Positions 38,871-41,228 of a stretch of 41,228 nucleotides of DNA are shown piece after piece; the stretch's first letter is position 1; each line of letters begins with the position of its first letter. Origin of the DNA: Reclinomonas americana ATCC 50394 (taxonomy: Eukaryota); assembly GCA_048213135.1 (NCBI GenBank), contig PS015246.1, positions 47,179 to 88,406 on the forward strand, read 5' to 3'. Both the position numbers and the translations under genes were made by a program. The notes beneath the pieces are model-generated. The model worked only from the letters and a program-made list of their open reading frames with translations, made no database searches and was not told where the DNA came from.

Positions 38871-40064
38871 TCACACCAACAGTGGTCCTGGAGGCGGCAG
38901 AGTCGAGCTCATGTCAGCAGACACCTTTTTCTGAGGTGCCTTGAGCGGCGTCAGTGCGTCGTCGTCGTCCTTGGTGGCGGCGTCGTCCTCGAGGTACGTG
39001 GCCAGTGAGCCGAACGAGCTGTACGAGTTGTGGCGGCGGTAACGCTCGTTCGGATCATCACGCCAGATGGTTCGGGCCAGTGCAATCACCTGCAGTGGGG
39101 GGAGCTCGCCAGTGAGGCGACGAATGAGAGAAACCCATGACGAGAACATGCACACACCAGTGCGAGTGCACATGAAACGGTTTCTGTGGGGATCGACAAA
39201 GCAGAGGAAGCATGTGTTAGTCGAGCTGCACGCACATCGACCTAGTGCATAAGCGAGGACGCAACGAGACAGGAGCGAGTATGTCAGCATGCACGAGCTG
39301 GTGCACTGCAACGACTGTTTCGCCAGAGTCTTGATGCAGGTGCCGGCGGCAATCATGCCCAGCCCGCATAGCACCACCAACTGTGTTGCCGATCACATTG
39401 TCAGTGGCATTGATGAGCAGCAGCAGCAGCAGTACCGAGAGTGGTAACGTTGCTCACCAGCACCGATCGGGCTCTCCAAAATGAAAACAGCTCGAACCAG
39501 GCAATACCGATGATCACCACCATGAACGAGAGGAGCACAAAGCCCGCTGCCCCGCTCCAGGACGACCGCAGAATGGCTTGCCCTTGGCGAGAGTGCCAGC
39601 AGACCAGCAGCACGGCATACACCACCACATTCACCTGCAGGTGGTGACACAAGCAAACGGTTAGGGAATTGCAGATCCATGGCGGTGGCCGTGCAAGAGT
39701 GCAGGAGGAGGAAGAGGAAGCATTGGAGCGTGGTGATCAAGAGTGGTGAACGCAAGAGGACAGTCAGTGGTTCCGACAGCATACAGACGCAGACGCAGAC
39801 GACAACGACGACGACAACGGTCTCGATTAGTTTCTCAAGGATCGTGCGAGAAAAGAGCAGCGGCGGCGAGTGACGCAGCAGTGGCCGAGGTGTGGACAGG
39901 ATAGAAGAGGAGGCCACACATGCACAGTGGAGTGCATGGTGGGTGACACGTACCGTCGCCAGCGCGGTCAGGAAGATGCCAAAGCCGAAGCCCTCCGGTC
40001 GTCGCTTGGAGACGGGAGGCAGAGCGGTGGAGCTGAGCTTCATGGGGTGCGGATCTGGTTCCAT
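38871..40064 (-). CDS. Uncharacterised multi-pass membrane protein (internal exon structure partly unresolved)
   Basis: MEPDPHPMK...GFGFGIFLTALAT|VNVVVYAVLL...FVLLSFMVVIIGIAWFELF..ARSVL|LVVLCGLGMIAAG... and last exon VIALARTIW...PPPGPLLV*; GT-AG joins. Confidence 0.55.
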
Positions 40065-40446
40065 GATGTGTGTCTGGATGTATGTGTTTCTTCTGTGCAC
40101 CCGCACAACGAGAGAGCAGCAGTGAGCAGACCGGCCGTCGACACAGCGACAAGCGGTGCAGCGTCGGCTGTGTTTGCACACTCGCACTCACCAGCTGGGT
40201 GTCTGCAGGGCGGCAAAGTCGGGTTGGCGCGCTCTTCAACGGTATGTACTCGCGGCGGAGGGTTGCCTTGCGCTCCAACGCACTCGAAACACTCACAAAG
40301 GAAAAAATGTAACGTTCGCCACTTTTCTCGTCAAATGGTAGGAAACGGTCCAGTGCAACGTTCAATTTTTCTTCCTCCCCTCTCTCTCTCCTTTCCCCAG
40401 GCCCCTGCTCATCGCTTGCTCTTTTTNNNNNNNNNNNNNNNNNNNN

Positions 40447-41228
40447 CCCGAGTTTTGGCAAAAGTGGAACGACTTTGAGGTGCTGCATGGCAACGAGGAC
40501 ACATTCATCGACATGCGACGTGTGCAGCGCAGTGTGGAGGGCCAGTTCTCCACATCGGTTCGTGCGAGAGCCTACCAGTAGCTTGTAGGTGTGTCGCTGA
40601 TGGCCTTCCCCCTTTGGTGCAGATCAATCACGTGGCGGCGGAACGCATGGAGGCGGCCAAGGCGGCGAAGACTGCCGGTCAGAAGCGCGGTCGCGAGGGT
40701 GCGTGTTTCCCCTCTGCCATCCCATTTGCAGCCGTCTTGTCGCTCACCCTCATCGCCCGACGCAGACGACGACATGTCACGACTCGAGCGCACCGATTCG
40801 CTGGCACTGGAGGCGGCCAGGGAGAAGGAGATGATCGAGAAGCTCAGCAAGAGCAAGGCTGCGGGTGCCGGAGCTGCGGCTGGTGGCGGTATCTCATTCG
40901 TGTCGGTGCGTGACGGATGGTGGTGCTCAAGAGAGGAATCGTACGTTTGTGGCTAAATGGTGTGTGGCAGAGCTCCACGTTGCAACCCGAATCCTTCAAG
41001 GGCGGCATCACCAATCCCGAGGAGCTCGACATTGACATGGACGAGACGGGCGGTGAAGGCGACGAGGAAGAGGAGGAGGAGGAGGAGGAAGTTGGTGCGT
41101 TGTCTGTGTTCTTTGTGTGTGTGATGCATTGTCCTGACGATGGCTGTGCAGGAGGCACAACGATTGCCGAGCGTGCGATCCCGGCTGCGGTGTTTGGTGG
41201 TATCAAGGCCGAGGATGGCGACGGTGGG
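40447..41228 (+). CDS. SYF1: Pre-mRNA splicing factor SYF1/XAB2, C-terminal part only; runs off the window
   Basis: PEFWQKWNDFEVLHGNEDTFIDMRRVQRSV, ISFVS, NPEELDID and ERAIPAAVFG are characteristic SYF1/XAB2 C-terminal motifs. Confidence 0.88.

Overview
Gene-dense, GC-rich, intron-rich eukaryotic scaffold with many N gaps. The organism is probably a flagellated protist with mitochondria, based on CFAP251 and on N-terminal presequences in GrpE and the aminotransferase. I reconstructed about 18 spliced genes by hand: a TIGR01589-domain protein, a TPR-like protein, DPAGT1/ALG7, Tousled-like kinase, a secreted DUF4773-like protein, kynurenine aminotransferase, an Arc1/AIMP1-like protein, V-ATPase G, CFAP251/WDR66, a multi-pass membrane protein, GrpE, HemK2/N6AMT1, a RING protein, a UPF0658-like membrane protein, a divergent histone H3, SAE1, a BRAT1-like protein, another membrane protein and a partial SYF1/XAB2. 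The strongest signal is in splicing. About 22 introns use the same unusual donor, GTTGCG(T), with the conserved G at +6 instead of +5, and almost always after a non-G exon base. There are also micro-exons of 5-26 nt and very short intergenic spacers. Several oddities are assembly artefacts: an allelic duplication, an inverted contig and 454-type noise. All gene models and family calls come from manual reading, not database searches.
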